Source of the DNA: a virus
DNA length: 57,475 bases
IMG/VR virus record: IMGVR_UViG_3300029536_000010
Span: 1 to 57,475 of that record
Direction: 5' to 3' (one strand)
A model generated the notes under the pieces. The model saw only the letters and a program-made list of their open reading frames with translations. It made no database searches and had not been told where the DNA came from. Both the position numbers and the translations under genes were made by a program. Each line of letters starts with the position of its first letter. The first letter of the stretch is position 1. This document shows, in pieces, positions 1-8,184 of this stretch.

Positions 1-99
1 GGAAACATTTTGGAAACAATTTGTATACATTTTGGAAACATTGTACCCACAAGCACAAAAAAGACAGCCCCGAAGGACTGCCTAAAATTATGCTATTTA
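1..99. repeat. 99-bp exact direct repeat with 57377-57475; contig-circularisation overlap
   Basis: Bases 1-99 (ggaaacattttggaaacaa...gctattta) are identical to the last 99 bases of the window. Confidence 0.97.
60..90 (-). terminator. Rho-independent terminator after the toxin-antitoxin pair
   Basis: Minus strand GGCAGTCC-TTCG-GGGCTGTC followed by TTTTTT. Confidence 0.8.
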
Positions 100-309
100 A
101 TCCCAGTTGATAGAATCATGACTAACTGTATCACCGTTTCTTAAATCCTGTTCAGCTTCTTTCAATGCTTTTTGTTCGCTCGGTGTCAGCTTTGTATAAT
201 CCGGATCCCATGCAACAACTAATTTTTTAATAAATTCAAGTGCAAAATCTTGATCACTTTCCGGAAGTATTTCAAGTAAACTTGTAGCTTTCTGGACTGT
301 TGTATTCAT
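97..309 (-). CDS. Type II antitoxin-like protein (downstream partner of RelE/ParE toxin)
   Basis: Internal start MNTTVQKATSLLEILPESDQDFALEFIKKLVV...; acidic small protein right behind the toxin gene. Confidence 0.65.
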   Translation of the reverse strand: MNTTVQKATSLLEILPESDQDFALEFIKKLVVAWDPDYTKLTPSEQKALKEAEQDLRNGDTVSHDSINWD

Positions 310-334
310 GTTTATTCTCCTTTCATTGAGGGGA

Positions 335-595
335 TTATTTGTATATATCCCCTCTTGAATCAATATCAAAAATATACAGTATTTCAATTTCATTATCACT
401 TAAAAAATTATATATAATTCTATATTTTCCAACTCTTAAGCGTTGCCTGCCGTCTGTATATCCTTGAAGTGTTTTTATATCTCCTTTCGGTGGATCTTCT
501 GTTAATCCCTCAATAGCTTTTTTGATTCTCTGTTTTGTCGGTCTGTCTTGCTTGTTGATGAATTTAACAGCTCTTTTGGAATACTCTATTTTCAC
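335..595 (-). CDS. RelE/ParE family toxin
   Basis: MKIEYSKRAVKFINKQDRPTKQRIKKAIEGLTEDPPKGDIKTLQG...RQRLRVGKYRIIYNF: classic RelE/ParE pattern. Confidence 0.85.
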   Translation of the reverse strand: MKIEYSKRAVKFINKQDRPTKQRIKKAIEGLTEDPPKGDIKTLQGYTDGRQRLRVGKYRIIYNFLSDNEIEILYIFDIDSRGDIYK

Positions 596-711
596 GCTTT
601 CACCGTCCTTTCTCCGCTTGCCTCGGTGACTTGTAAGCTGTGTTCCTTACAAGTATTATATTACATTATTTTTAAAGTGTTGTCAATATGTTTCACATTA
701 TTTTTAAAGTT

Positions 712-939
712 TTATTTTTCCGTATCTTCTACGTATTTTATAATGTTTCCTGGTTGCATATCTAGTAACTTACATATCTTTTCTAATGCTATAATGCCTA
801 TCATTTCATTTTTTCTCAACGACTGTATAGCGTTCTCGCCTAGAAGCTTTTCTTTTCTTAGTCTTCCGGGAGTGTATCCGGCTTCTTTCAGGCTTTCTAA
901 TACGTCAAATTTGTATACAAACATCTGTATCACCTCCAT
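712..939 (-). CDS. Small XRE/Cro-type helix-turn-helix regulator
   Basis: LGENAIQSLRKNEMIGIIALEKICKLLDMQPGNIIKYVE is YozG-like HTH. Confidence 0.75.
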   Translation of the reverse strand: MEVIQMFVYKFDVLESLKEAGYTPGRLRKEKLLGENAIQSLRKNEMIGIIALEKICKLLDMQPGNIIKYVEDTEK

Positions 940-1208
940 ATTTTGTTATATGTCATTATACATTATTTATAAATCTATTTCAAGCGATTTACATTATAAA
1001 TAATGCACAATAATACCAGCTACAAAGCGCATTATTTTTGGTGTGTTTGTCAATTGCATAAACATTATTTTTAATGTATTATATAACCATAGCAAACAAC
1101 AAAACAAAAAGCCGACCGGAACAGCTCCCAACTAAACCCGATCGGCACCAATCAAAAACAATATTAAGAAAGGTAGCTCCATTATAACAGGAGCAAAGGA
1201 AAAAGAAA

Positions 1209-2234
1209 ATGGCAAAATATTTTAAATCTATTAAATCTTATGACGATCTTAAGAACCAGTACAAGAAATTATTGAAAGCGAATCACCCGGACAACGGCGG
1301 AGATCTCGAAGCAATGAAAGAAATCAATGTGGAATATGATGCACTTTTTGCAGTCTGGAAGAATAAGAAAGAAGCCGAGACAGGTGAAGAGATCAAAGAA
1401 ACCGCAGACAGCACAAGAAGTCAGTTCTACACTATGTTTGGATGGGAAGGAAGTAACCACGATTGGAACAGATCACTAAAAGAAGTCGCTCAGATCGTCC
1501 GCACATACGTAAAAGAGAAATACCCGACTTACAAATTTAGCGTCCGTACTTCTTATGCTTCTATGTGCCAGGAGTTGCACGTCACATTAAAAGAAAGCCC
1601 GATAGAGATTTATAAGACATTTGAAGAGCTTGACAGCGACGATTTTTGGGAGATTTCAAAGCGGTTATTTATGTGGGATTACAACGCCGAAAGCAGAATA
1701 AACTTTTTGAACGCATCAGCAGAAGAAAAGAAAAAGACTATTGAAGAGTCTAACAGTAAATACGCACACATTTTAAACGACGTAACAAAAGCAGTTATTG
1801 AAGACGTTGACGCCTTCGTGAAATCTTATAATTATGAAGATTGCGACGGCATGATTGACTATTTCGACGTAGATTTTTATTACTTCGGATGCTGCCAGGA
1901 TAACGGCGCAGGAATTAAGATTGTACCGAAAACGGCAAGAATCAAGAATAAGAAAGCCAGCGTTAAGACATCCAGCAAAAAAGAAGAACAGCCACAGCCG
2001 GAGCAGATCGAAGCAAAGACGAACGGCATCAGCTACAAGATTACGCAGGGCGAAGACACGCGCGACGGTTCGGAACTCTGGCTTGTAAGAATCAATGAAA
2101 CACTCACAAGGGAGCAATATCTTGCAGAAAATAAAGCAATGAAGGATCGCGGCGGATATTACAGCAAGTTTAGACACGCTTTTATCTTCCGAGTTGACCC
2201 AACCGAAATCTTGAAAGGAGAAAAGACAGCATGA
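1209..2234 (+). CDS. J-domain-like protein with a large-polyvalent-protein-associated (LPD-like) region
   Basis: N-terminal YDDLKNQYKKLLKANHPDNGG is a J-domain (HPD) motif; the MFGWEGSNHDWNRSLKEVAQIVRTYVKEKYP region resembles domains in conjugative-element polyvalent proteins. Plus strand. Confidence 0.65.
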   Translation: MAKYFKSIKSYDDLKNQYKKLLKANHPDNGGDLEAMKEINVEYDALFAVWKNKKEAETGEEIKETADSTRSQFYTMFGWEGSNHDWNRSLKEVAQIVRTYVKEKYPTYKFSVRTSYASMCQELHVTLKESPIEIYKTFEELDSDDFWEISKRLFMWDYNAESRINFLNASAEEKKKTIEESNSKYAHILNDVTKAVIEDVDAFVKSYNYEDCDGMIDYFDVDFYYFGCCQDNGAGIKIVPKTARIKNKKASVKTSSKKEEQPQPEQIEAKTNGISYKITQGEDTRDGSELWLVRINETLTREQYLAENKAMKDRGGYYSKFRHAFIFRVDPTEILKGEKTA

Positions 2235-2770
2235 AAGAAATTTGTGTAAAGAAAATACCGTGTTGCGGGTGTCCTGAAATGGACACTTGCACTCTTGAAA
2301 AATCCGAAAATCTCTTGAAAGAATTATTCACGCGCTACGGGAATTATAACAAGGAAATGAGCGATAAAACAATAAGGATTTACGAGCAGCACCCGGAGAA
2401 GCTACACACCGAAAAAGATATATTACACTATTTCGACAAGGCGCAGAAAGACATTGAACAGCTTGAAAGGGTTATTTTGCAGCTGAAAGCATACGAGAAC
2501 GCATTGACTGAAAGATATAACTTTATCAAGACAGCACCAACAAAGCAGAAAATAAAGCTATACAGGGAAAAGAAATGGCAAGGTAATGTTTATTATTATA
2601 TTCTTTTCTATTCCGTGAATTTAATCGACAATCATGAAGAATTAACGCAGACGATCAAATACACAGGAAAAGAACGTCGAAAAGCCATTGAAGATTTTGA
2701 AAAGCTCCAGAAAGAAAAGAAGAACGTTATTTTTGAAAAAGATATAGCGAAACGATATTGGGAGCGCTAA
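2231..2770 (+). CDS. Hypothetical protein co-transcribed with J-domain gene
   Basis: Overlaps the upstream gene by 4 nt (ATGA); Cys-rich N-terminus. Confidence 0.65.
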   Translation: MKEICVKKIPCCGCPEMDTCTLEKSENLLKELFTRYGNYNKEMSDKTIRIYEQHPEKLHTEKDILHYFDKAQKDIEQLERVILQLKAYENALTERYNFIKTAPTKQKIKLYREKKWQGNVYYYILFYSVNLIDNHEELTQTIKYTGKERRKAIEDFEKLQKEKKNVIFEKDIAKRYWER

Positions 2771-2791
2771 ATAAAGACAAATTAAAAAGTC

Positions 2792-2813
2792 GGACGCGTT
2801 CCGGCTTTTTTGA
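2792..2813 (+). terminator. Terminator-like hairpin after 2231..2770
   Basis: GTCGGACGCGTTCCGGC followed by TTTTTT. Confidence 0.65.
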
Positions 2814-2834
2814 TGCCAGGAAAAGAGCCAATTC

Positions 2835-2996
2835 ATGAACGATATCGGCGCCGGTTTATTGTCGCTTGCTGTGATCTGGTGGACGTGTAGCAGCTCCAGA
2901 CCGAAGAGAAAGAACCAATCAGACAAAAAAGAATTGATTTTATATCTATTTTGTAGTATGGTAATGATAACTACAAGCTTGTATTTGACGTTTTAA
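2835..2996 (+). CDS. Possible small membrane protein (53 aa)
   Basis: My translation: MNDIGAGLLSLAVIWWTCSSSRPKRKNQSDKKELILYLFCSMVMITTSLYLTF; below the ORF-track cutoff. Confidence 0.3.
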   Translation: MNDIGAGLLSLAVIWWTCSSSRPKRKNQSDKKELILYLFCSMVMITTSLYLTF

Positions 2997-3289
2997 GGGT
3001 TTTGTGCGTGCTAAGTGATAACTTATGCCTTGATGCATTTATACGCCTTGCATCGTCAAATAAGAGCGGAACAGGCACAAAATAACAGTATATGCATATA
3101 TAAAAAATATGTTCAAGAAGTCGTCTAACTGAACGTCTTCCCGGACATATTTTTTGTTTGCAAAAAAATTGCATATTTTGTTTTGGGGTGTGAAATTTTT
3201 TCGGAAGAGCAGTAGTGGCTAGAAAAACCCCCTTAAAACGCGCGACTTTTTCTGGTTTTTGAAAAAAATTTATTTATTTTTCTTCCCTT

Positions 3290-3787
3290 TTACACCTCGT
3301 CTTCAAAGTTTGCCTTGGCAATCGTGGCACGTCTGGCAGATTCTTTTTCTTCGTCAATTGGAACATCTTCTCCATTCGCTTTTTTCCTGATTTTTTCCAC
3401 GTATTTTTTATACCATTCTTCCTCTTCTTTCTTGCTCGCTTCTTCTTTCTCTTTCTTCTTTCTGGCAGTTTCTTCTTTCATGATCCTGTTGTTTTCCGAT
3501 TTCTCGTTAAGCATTTCCTGAAGCTGTTGAATGGTCATTTTCTCTTCTTTCACATTGGTTTCCGGCACTGATTCAGCGGAAATAACTTCCTTTTTTTCAG
3601 GTGTTTCGGTGCTATTTTCCAGAGATTTGAGCATCCTTGCTACAGCTTCGTTAACAAAAGCGTTATATGTATAGCCGTATGATGTTATTTTTTCCTTTGT
3701 TCCTTTGGGTAAAATGCTTCTAATAACATCTTTGTTCTCTTCATATGACTGAACTGCTTTCTTTTGTGAATCTGATGTTCTTTTCAT
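3290..3787 (-). CDS. Ribbon-helix-helix-like DNA-binding protein with long coiled-coil tail (plasmid partition/regulator-like)
   Basis: GTKEKITSYGYTYNAFVNEAVARMLK is RHH-like; Glu/Lys-rich coiled coil follows; iterated AT repeats upstream. Confidence 0.6.
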   Translation of the reverse strand: MKRTSDSQKKAVQSYEENKDVIRSILPKGTKEKITSYGYTYNAFVNEAVARMLKSLENSTETPEKKEVISAESVPETNVKEEKMTIQQLQEMLNEKSENNRIMKEETARKKKEKEEASKKEEEEWYKKYVEKIRKKANGEDVPIDEEKESARRATIAKANFEDEV

Positions 3788-3900
3788 AATGCGACCTCCT
3801 TTGAAAAAATAAACGAATATTCTAAATACATTATATAATTTATTTAGAAAAAAACAAGTATAAATACATTATATAATTTATTTATATAATTGCAATTATT

Positions 3901-3941
3901 CATAAAACCCTTAAAAACGCTGTATTCATAAGGGTTTTATT
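3901..3941. terminator. Inverted repeat ATAAAACCCTTA...TAAGGGTTTTAT
   Basis: Perfect long arms around a roughly 16-nt loop, between 3290..3787 and the iteron-like array. Confidence 0.55.
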
Positions 3942-3972
3942 GACGAACGATATAATGTAATTATATCTAATT

Positions 3973-4011
3973 GTATTTATATAATGTATTTATATAATGT
4001 ATTTATATAAC
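3973..4011. repeat. Three tandem 13-bp repeats GTATTTATATAA[T/C]
   Basis: 3973-3985, 3986-3998 and 3999-4011 (last base differs in the third copy); related inverted copies at about 3822-3875. Confidence 0.85.
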
Positions 4012-4025
4012 TACCGTTATATCAT

Positions 4026-4787
4026 TTATTTATCCATCTTGTAGCTATAAGTAAAGTCAAGGATTTCCTGTGCTTGTTCTCCCATATCCGGGAAGAAATC
4101 AAGCAAATCAACGTCTTTTTCAAGCGTATTTCCCGTCTGTTCCTCATATATTTCCTTTGCTATCAAAGTATCAAAGAAATTATTCAAGTATTCAAACAGA
4201 ATAACCAGAAATTCTTCCTCGGAACAATACATTTTAACAGCACATGGTTTTATCTTCCAAAGGTTCTTCCGATACCAGTTTTTCGCCGGTGGTGCCGGAC
4301 AATTCGCCACACTTGGCGCTTTTTCCTTGGTTTCAAGGCGTTTTCCGGTGATTTCATGCTCCATTTCGTGAAATCTGTTGATATATCTGGCAGTAAAGAC
4401 CGTTCCTTTTCTTCCGGTACACTTGTGCGCAATGAACTCGCAGCCTTTCTTGGTGATGTTATAGAATGGTTTCTTCCGGTTTGATTGATCAATATAGCTA
4501 CTTTCTGTCCAAAATTCGCATAAATCAATCATTTTCGGTTCAGTAGGCTCAAAATTGAGATGATTGGATTCAACCCTTTCGGAGATGGAGGAAAAATTTC
4601 CTTCATCTAAATCATTGTGACATGAGGTCACGTTATTTTTGACGGCATCTGAAGAATAATTAGTATCTTCGATATATCTGCTATATCTTCTTATACTTTT
4701 CAGCAAGTCGCAATGTTCTTTTTCCATCATCTCCGCAACTTCCATAGAAGTCAGAGTGGAATACATAACCTGCATATTGTTTTTCAT
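4026..4787 (-). CDS. Rha family phage regulatory protein/antirepressor
   Basis: TSMEVAEMMEKEHCDLLKSIRRY...SSYIDQSNRKKPFYNITKKGCEFIAHKCTGRKGTVFTARYINRFHEME. Confidence 0.85.
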   Translation of the reverse strand: MKNNMQVMYSTLTSMEVAEMMEKEHCDLLKSIRRYSRYIEDTNYSSDAVKNNVTSCHNDLDEGNFSSISERVESNHLNFEPTEPKMIDLCEFWTESSYIDQSNRKKPFYNITKKGCEFIAHKCTGRKGTVFTARYINRFHEMEHEITGKRLETKEKAPSVANCPAPPAKNWYRKNLWKIKPCAVKMYCSEEEFLVILFEYLNNFFDTLIAKEIYEEQTGNTLEKDVDLLDFFPDMGEQAQEILDFTYSYKMDK

Positions 4788-5053
4788 TATGCAACACTCT
4801 CCTTTCCTTTGGAAACAAGTTTATATCCCGGTTGACCATCGTTGTCGTCAATGGTTTTACCGTTCATCCTCGCCAGAAAATCCGCGATATCATGCAGCTT
4901 TGTTTCCAGAGTAATTTCTGATGCCAATTCGTTGATGATTTTGCGAAGACTTTCTTTCCTACATTCCATTTCTAAGGAAAATGCAACTTTCTCTAAGGTT
5001 TCGTATTCTGATATTTGATGTAATTTTTGTCTGTTATCCATAGCTTTGTTCAT
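4787..5053 (-). CDS. Hypothetical protein
   Basis: ORF abuts the Rha gene start. Confidence 0.5.
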   Translation of the reverse strand: MNKAMDNRQKLHQISEYETLEKVAFSLEMECRKESLRKIINELASEITLETKLHDIADFLARMNGKTIDDNDGQPGYKLVSKGKESVA

Positions 5054-5179
5054 AATAAAAACTCCTTTTCAAAAAATGTTCTTGAAAGAAGTTTCCTAAT
5101 GCATTATAATATTTGCGGAAGGAAACTTCTTGTATCAAAACAGTCACGGTTACTTTTGCGGGTTATTCGTGGCTGTTTT

Positions 5180-5365
5180 TTATTTTCCTGATGATTCCAA
5201 AGCTTTTTGATATATTGTGTTTATTCCCTCTCTTATTACTTCTGCTTTCGAAAGGCCGAGCGTATCACAACAATAATCAAGCTTTATACTATCAAGAACA
5301 GAAATTCTTATTTCTATTCTTTTTGTCTTCGGATCATCGGTTGGTCTTCCTATTTTAGGACTCAT
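5180..5365 (-). CDS. RHH/CopG-type small regulator, paralog 1 of 3
   Basis: MSPKIGRPTDDPKTKRIEIRISVLDSIKLDYCCDTLGLSKAEVIREGI. Confidence 0.8.
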   Translation of the reverse strand: MSPKIGRPTDDPKTKRIEIRISVLDSIKLDYCCDTLGLSKAEVIREGINTIYQKALESSGK

Positions 5366-5379
5366 ATCTTCACCTCGCT

Positions 5380-5422
5380 TTATGTCCGTACATAAATAAT
5401 AACTTATGCCCGTACAAATGTC
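5380..5422 (-). promoter_or_regulatory. Promoter and operator-like repeats of RHH paralog 1
   Basis: Minus strand TTGACA-N17-TATTAT; direct repeats TTATGTCCGTACA and TTATGCCCGTACA 24 bp apart. Confidence 0.7.
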
Positions 5423-5499
5423 AAGTATTATTTATTCCATTTGTAAACTTCTTTCGGGTATTAGAGATTCACGTAACCGGTCAAAGTATGCGTGAATCT

Positions 5500-5676
5500 C
5501 TATTTTTTAATTTCAGACTTTAATTTATGAATCCCTCTCCTTATCCCCTCTGTCTTCGGAATTTCTTCTTGCTTGCAATATTCATCAAGAATTTCCTTTG
5601 TTTCATCGTCTAATCTTACGTGAATAGGGTTTGATTTTGGGTTCTCAATTTTTGGTCTTCCTATTTTTGGACTCAT
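5500..5676 (-). CDS. RHH/CopG-type small regulator, paralog 2 of 3 (58 aa, missed by the ORF track)
   Basis: My translation: MSPKIGRPKIENPKSNPIHVRLDDETKEILDEYCKQEEIPKTEGIRRGIHKLKSEIKK; GAGGTGA Shine-Dalgarno. Confidence 0.8.
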   Translation of the reverse strand: MSPKIGRPKIENPKSNPIHVRLDDETKEILDEYCKQEEIPKTEGIRRGIHKLKSEIKK

Positions 5677-5692
5677 ATCTTCACCTCACTTT

Positions 5693-5740
5693 TTGTAGCC
5701 CTATAATTAAAATAATATATGTAGCCCGAAAAGTCAATAC
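5693..5740 (-). promoter_or_regulatory. Promoter and operator-like repeats of RHH paralog 2
   Basis: Minus strand TTGACT-N17-TATTTT; TGTAGCCC twice, 26 bp apart. Confidence 0.6.
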
Positions 5741-5846
5741 CAAATTACTCATTTTTCTCATTATATTAAATTGTGGGTACAAACCATAATAGAATGTACC
5801 CACAAACAAACAGGGCAAAGCTGTTACACTCTGCCCCGTTTGCACA

Positions 5847-6056
5847 TTATCTCTCGTTCTTGCCTGCCAGATATCCAAGCTTAAGCGCATAAATAAGTGC
5901 TTTTGTCTTTCCAAGTGTAGCAAAGTCAGCCACGGTCAGCAAAGAAAAGAACTCTTTTGAGAACTTCTCACTTATTTCTCTGCTTGACAGCCCTTTTGTT
6001 TTGTTATCCAGTTCATTCATTACCTCTGTTAATTCATCTTTTGTTATCGTTTTCAT
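5847..6056 (-). CDS. Hypothetical small protein
   Basis: MKTITKDELTEVMNELDNKTKGLSSREISEKFSKEFFSLLTVADFATLGKTKALIYALKLGYLAGKNER. Confidence 0.5.
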   Translation of the reverse strand: MKTITKDELTEVMNELDNKTKGLSSREISEKFSKEFFSLLTVADFATLGKTKALIYALKLGYLAGKNER

Positions 6057-6187
6057 TACATATTCTCCTGTTTATATATTGCTCTTGTAAGAAGCATCAA
6101 CAAATGATATGATAGTTTTGTCAGAAGTTAATGCTTCTGTAGTTTCTTAGAGTAATCGTTTAGGTTTGCAAGCTCACAACGGTTACT

Positions 6188-6373
6188 CTATTTTTGTTTT
6201 TCATTTAGAATAGACTGATATACCAAATCTATTCCTTTTCTGACAACATCTGTTTTCGACATTCCTGTCTTTTCGACGCAGTAATTTAACTTTTCGATAT
6301 AGCTGTCAGAAAACCGAAAACTTTCCCTATTTGCTTTTTTGTCGGTTGTGGGTCTTCCAGTTCTCGGTGACAT
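6188..6373 (-). CDS. RHH/CopG-type small regulator, paralog 3 of 3
   Basis: MSPRTGRPTTDKKANRESFRFSDSYIEKLNYCVEKTGMSKTDVVRKGI. Confidence 0.8.
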   Translation of the reverse strand: MSPRTGRPTTDKKANRESFRFSDSYIEKLNYCVEKTGMSKTDVVRKGIDLVYQSILNEKQK

Positions 6374-6395
6374 CTTAAAACCTCCTTTCTTTTTT

Positions 6396-6440
6396 TGTTA
6401 TGACAAAAGTATAATATTTGTTATGACAAAAGTCAATAGT
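6396..6440 (-). promoter_or_regulatory. Promoter and operator-like repeats of RHH paralog 3
   Basis: Minus strand TTGACT-N17-TATACT; exact 15-bp repeat TGTTATGACAAAAGT at 6396-6410 and 6419-6433. Confidence 0.7.
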
Positions 6441-6466
6441 TTTTTATGAATTTTAATAAAATAAAA

Positions 6467-6491
6467 AGCTCCACAAATAAATGAGGAGCGG
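6467..6491 (-). terminator. Terminator-like hairpin
   Basis: Minus strand GCTCC...GGAGC followed by TTTTTT. Confidence 0.6.
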
Positions 6492-6543
6492 TGTATTTTT
6501 GAATGAAAATTAAGCTGCAAGATATGCGATATCCTTGAATTGT

Positions 6544-6676
6544 TCAATTCTGTTCTTCGTTAAGGCAATATATTTTTTCAGGTCTTCCGCCTTTTGGGTT
6601 TCCCGATTTAAAATTGGAAAACTCGATTTCTCCAAATTCTTTAATGTCAGCCCAGTATACATCAAAATCGGCAAAT
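6544..6676 (-). pseudogene. Fragment of a Rha/antirepressor-like gene
   Basis: Start-less open frame FADFDVYWADIKEFGEIEFSNFKSGNPKGGRPEKIYCLNEEQN; GGRPEKxYxLNEEQ resembles phage Rha/antirepressor proteins. Confidence 0.55.
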
Positions 6677-6750
6677 TAACTTACTATTGAAATATATAAA
6701 AATATATAGTAAAATATGGTTAAATCACTTATTGAAAGGGGCAAAAAGGA

Positions 6751-7107
6751 ATGAAAGTTTGGAAATTAGTATCTGGTATATTGTCAATCGTGCTGTTTTT
6801 GATTGTATCTTTTCAGTCATGTGCAGCCGGAATCAGCAACACATTATCAGATAATGGAGAAGTTGGAGGTTCAGCGGGAGTATTAGTTGCGATCTTCTTA
6901 TTGGCAGGCGGAATTGTTTCAATTGCTACAAGGAACTCAAAAGGAAAAGGCGGAAATATTGCTCTTATCATACTGTTTGGATTAGCAACAATCATTGGTC
7001 TTGCATTAGCTGGAAGCTACTTAGATCTTAAAATTTGGGCAGCTTGGTGTGCAATAAATGTTGTACTTGCTATTATTGCATTAGTAAAAACTCCAAAAAA
7101 TAAATAA
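6751..7107 (+). CDS. Membrane protein, lone plus-strand gene (moron-like)
   Basis: 118 aa with three hydrophobic segments; followed by its own terminator. Confidence 0.65.
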   Translation: MKVWKLVSGILSIVLFLIVSFQSCAAGISNTLSDNGEVGGSAGVLVAIFLLAGGIVSIATRNSKGKGGNIALIILFGLATIIGLALAGSYLDLKIWAAWCAINVVLAIIALVKTPKNK

Positions 7108-7118
7108 CACCACAAAAT

Positions 7119-7142
7119 AAGCGACCTACGTAGGTCGCTTTT
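7119..7142 (+). terminator. Terminator AAGCGACCTACGTAGGTCGCTTTTG
   Basis: Perfect inverted repeat with short T run. Confidence 0.8.
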
Positions 7143-7151
7143 GTTTGGTGG

Positions 7152-7868
7152 TTATGCAGCTTTCATATCAAATAAATTGAGTATAAATTTTCTTCCAAGC
7201 TGAGTTATTCTTCTGTGGTAAATAACACGTCCGCTATCGAGAACGTCTTGCTTTATTTCTTCGTATCCGCAATTGCTATAATCGGAATACATAACCCATG
7301 TTCCGTTTACTTTGTATTGTATCTTTTTATCAGAAAGAATTTTGTTCAATTCAACAGCACTCTTCAGACCAATTTCTTTTGCAATTTCAGTCATTGTGTA
7401 GGTCTTGTTAACATGCATCAAAATAGAATTGGTACGTTCTGCTTCTACTCTTGCTGACCGTTCTTCTTTTAATCTGGTTAGAAGCTCGATCCCGAAATCC
7501 GGATTATTTAAAATATTATCAATCACGTTATCTGTTGCGTAGATTCCGTTCTTTTGGATACATGGGAGAACTTCGGATGTTACCCAATGTTTGAATCTCT
7601 TTGCTGATTCCAACTTGCTTCCGAAGATTAAAGCGTACAAACCAGATTCGTTGATGATATACATCTGTCTGTTCTGACCTGAGTCGGCAAAACACCGAGT
7701 CAGCTTGTCTTCGTCTGCAACGTGTTTTTTTAGTGCATCTGATGTATCCTTATACCCAAGCGATACAGCTACATCCTTTCCAGCAAACCACGGTTTGTTA
7801 TCAATTATTACTGTTCTTATTTCACCGAATTCTTCATTGTTAAATACTGTAAGTTTTGTCTGTTCCAT
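7152..7868 (-). CDS. BRO-family antirepressor with KilAC-like C-terminus
   Basis: NNEEFGEIRTVIIDNKPWFAGKDVAVSLGYKDTSDALKKHV...; C-terminal TMTEIAKEIGLKSAVELNKILSDKKIQ. Confidence 0.9.
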   Translation of the reverse strand: MEQTKLTVFNNEEFGEIRTVIIDNKPWFAGKDVAVSLGYKDTSDALKKHVADEDKLTRCFADSGQNRQMYIINESGLYALIFGSKLESAKRFKHWVTSEVLPCIQKNGIYATDNVIDNILNNPDFGIELLTRLKEERSARVEAERTNSILMHVNKTYTMTEIAKEIGLKSAVELNKILSDKKIQYKVNGTWVMYSDYSNCGYEEIKQDVLDSGRVIYHRRITQLGRKFILNLFDMKAA

Positions 7869-7958
7869 TTTTTTGTACTCCTTTTCTAAAAAACGTTTGT
7901 TTTTCCGAAAAGATGTGGTATGATAAACATATCAATATCCTTTCGGAATTGGTTGCAT

Positions 7959-8001
7959 TAAGAGTTGTTCACTTTGGTCGGTTGGCAACTCTTATTTTTT
8001 T
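7959..8001 (+). terminator. Plus-strand terminator with no obvious gene upstream
   Basis: TAAGAGTTG...CAACTCTTA followed by TTTTTT. Confidence 0.65.
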
Positions 8002-8010
8002 GTCAGAAAT

Positions 8011-8038
8011 AGCAGAGCCTAACTTAATAGACTCTGCT
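8011..8038. repeat. Stem-loop related to 8185-8216
   Basis: AGCAGAGcctaacttaatagaCTCTGCT. Confidence 0.6.
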
Positions 8039-8184
8039 CCGTTCAATTAGTAACCAGTCGCTTCACTGGTCGTTATTCCGTTCTATTTTATCCAGCACAT
8101 TCACTGGAGTATTTTGTCTTTACAAACAAGATACCAATAAATATATAAAAAAGTCAATGTCAAAAACTAAAATCCTTTTGAGTA

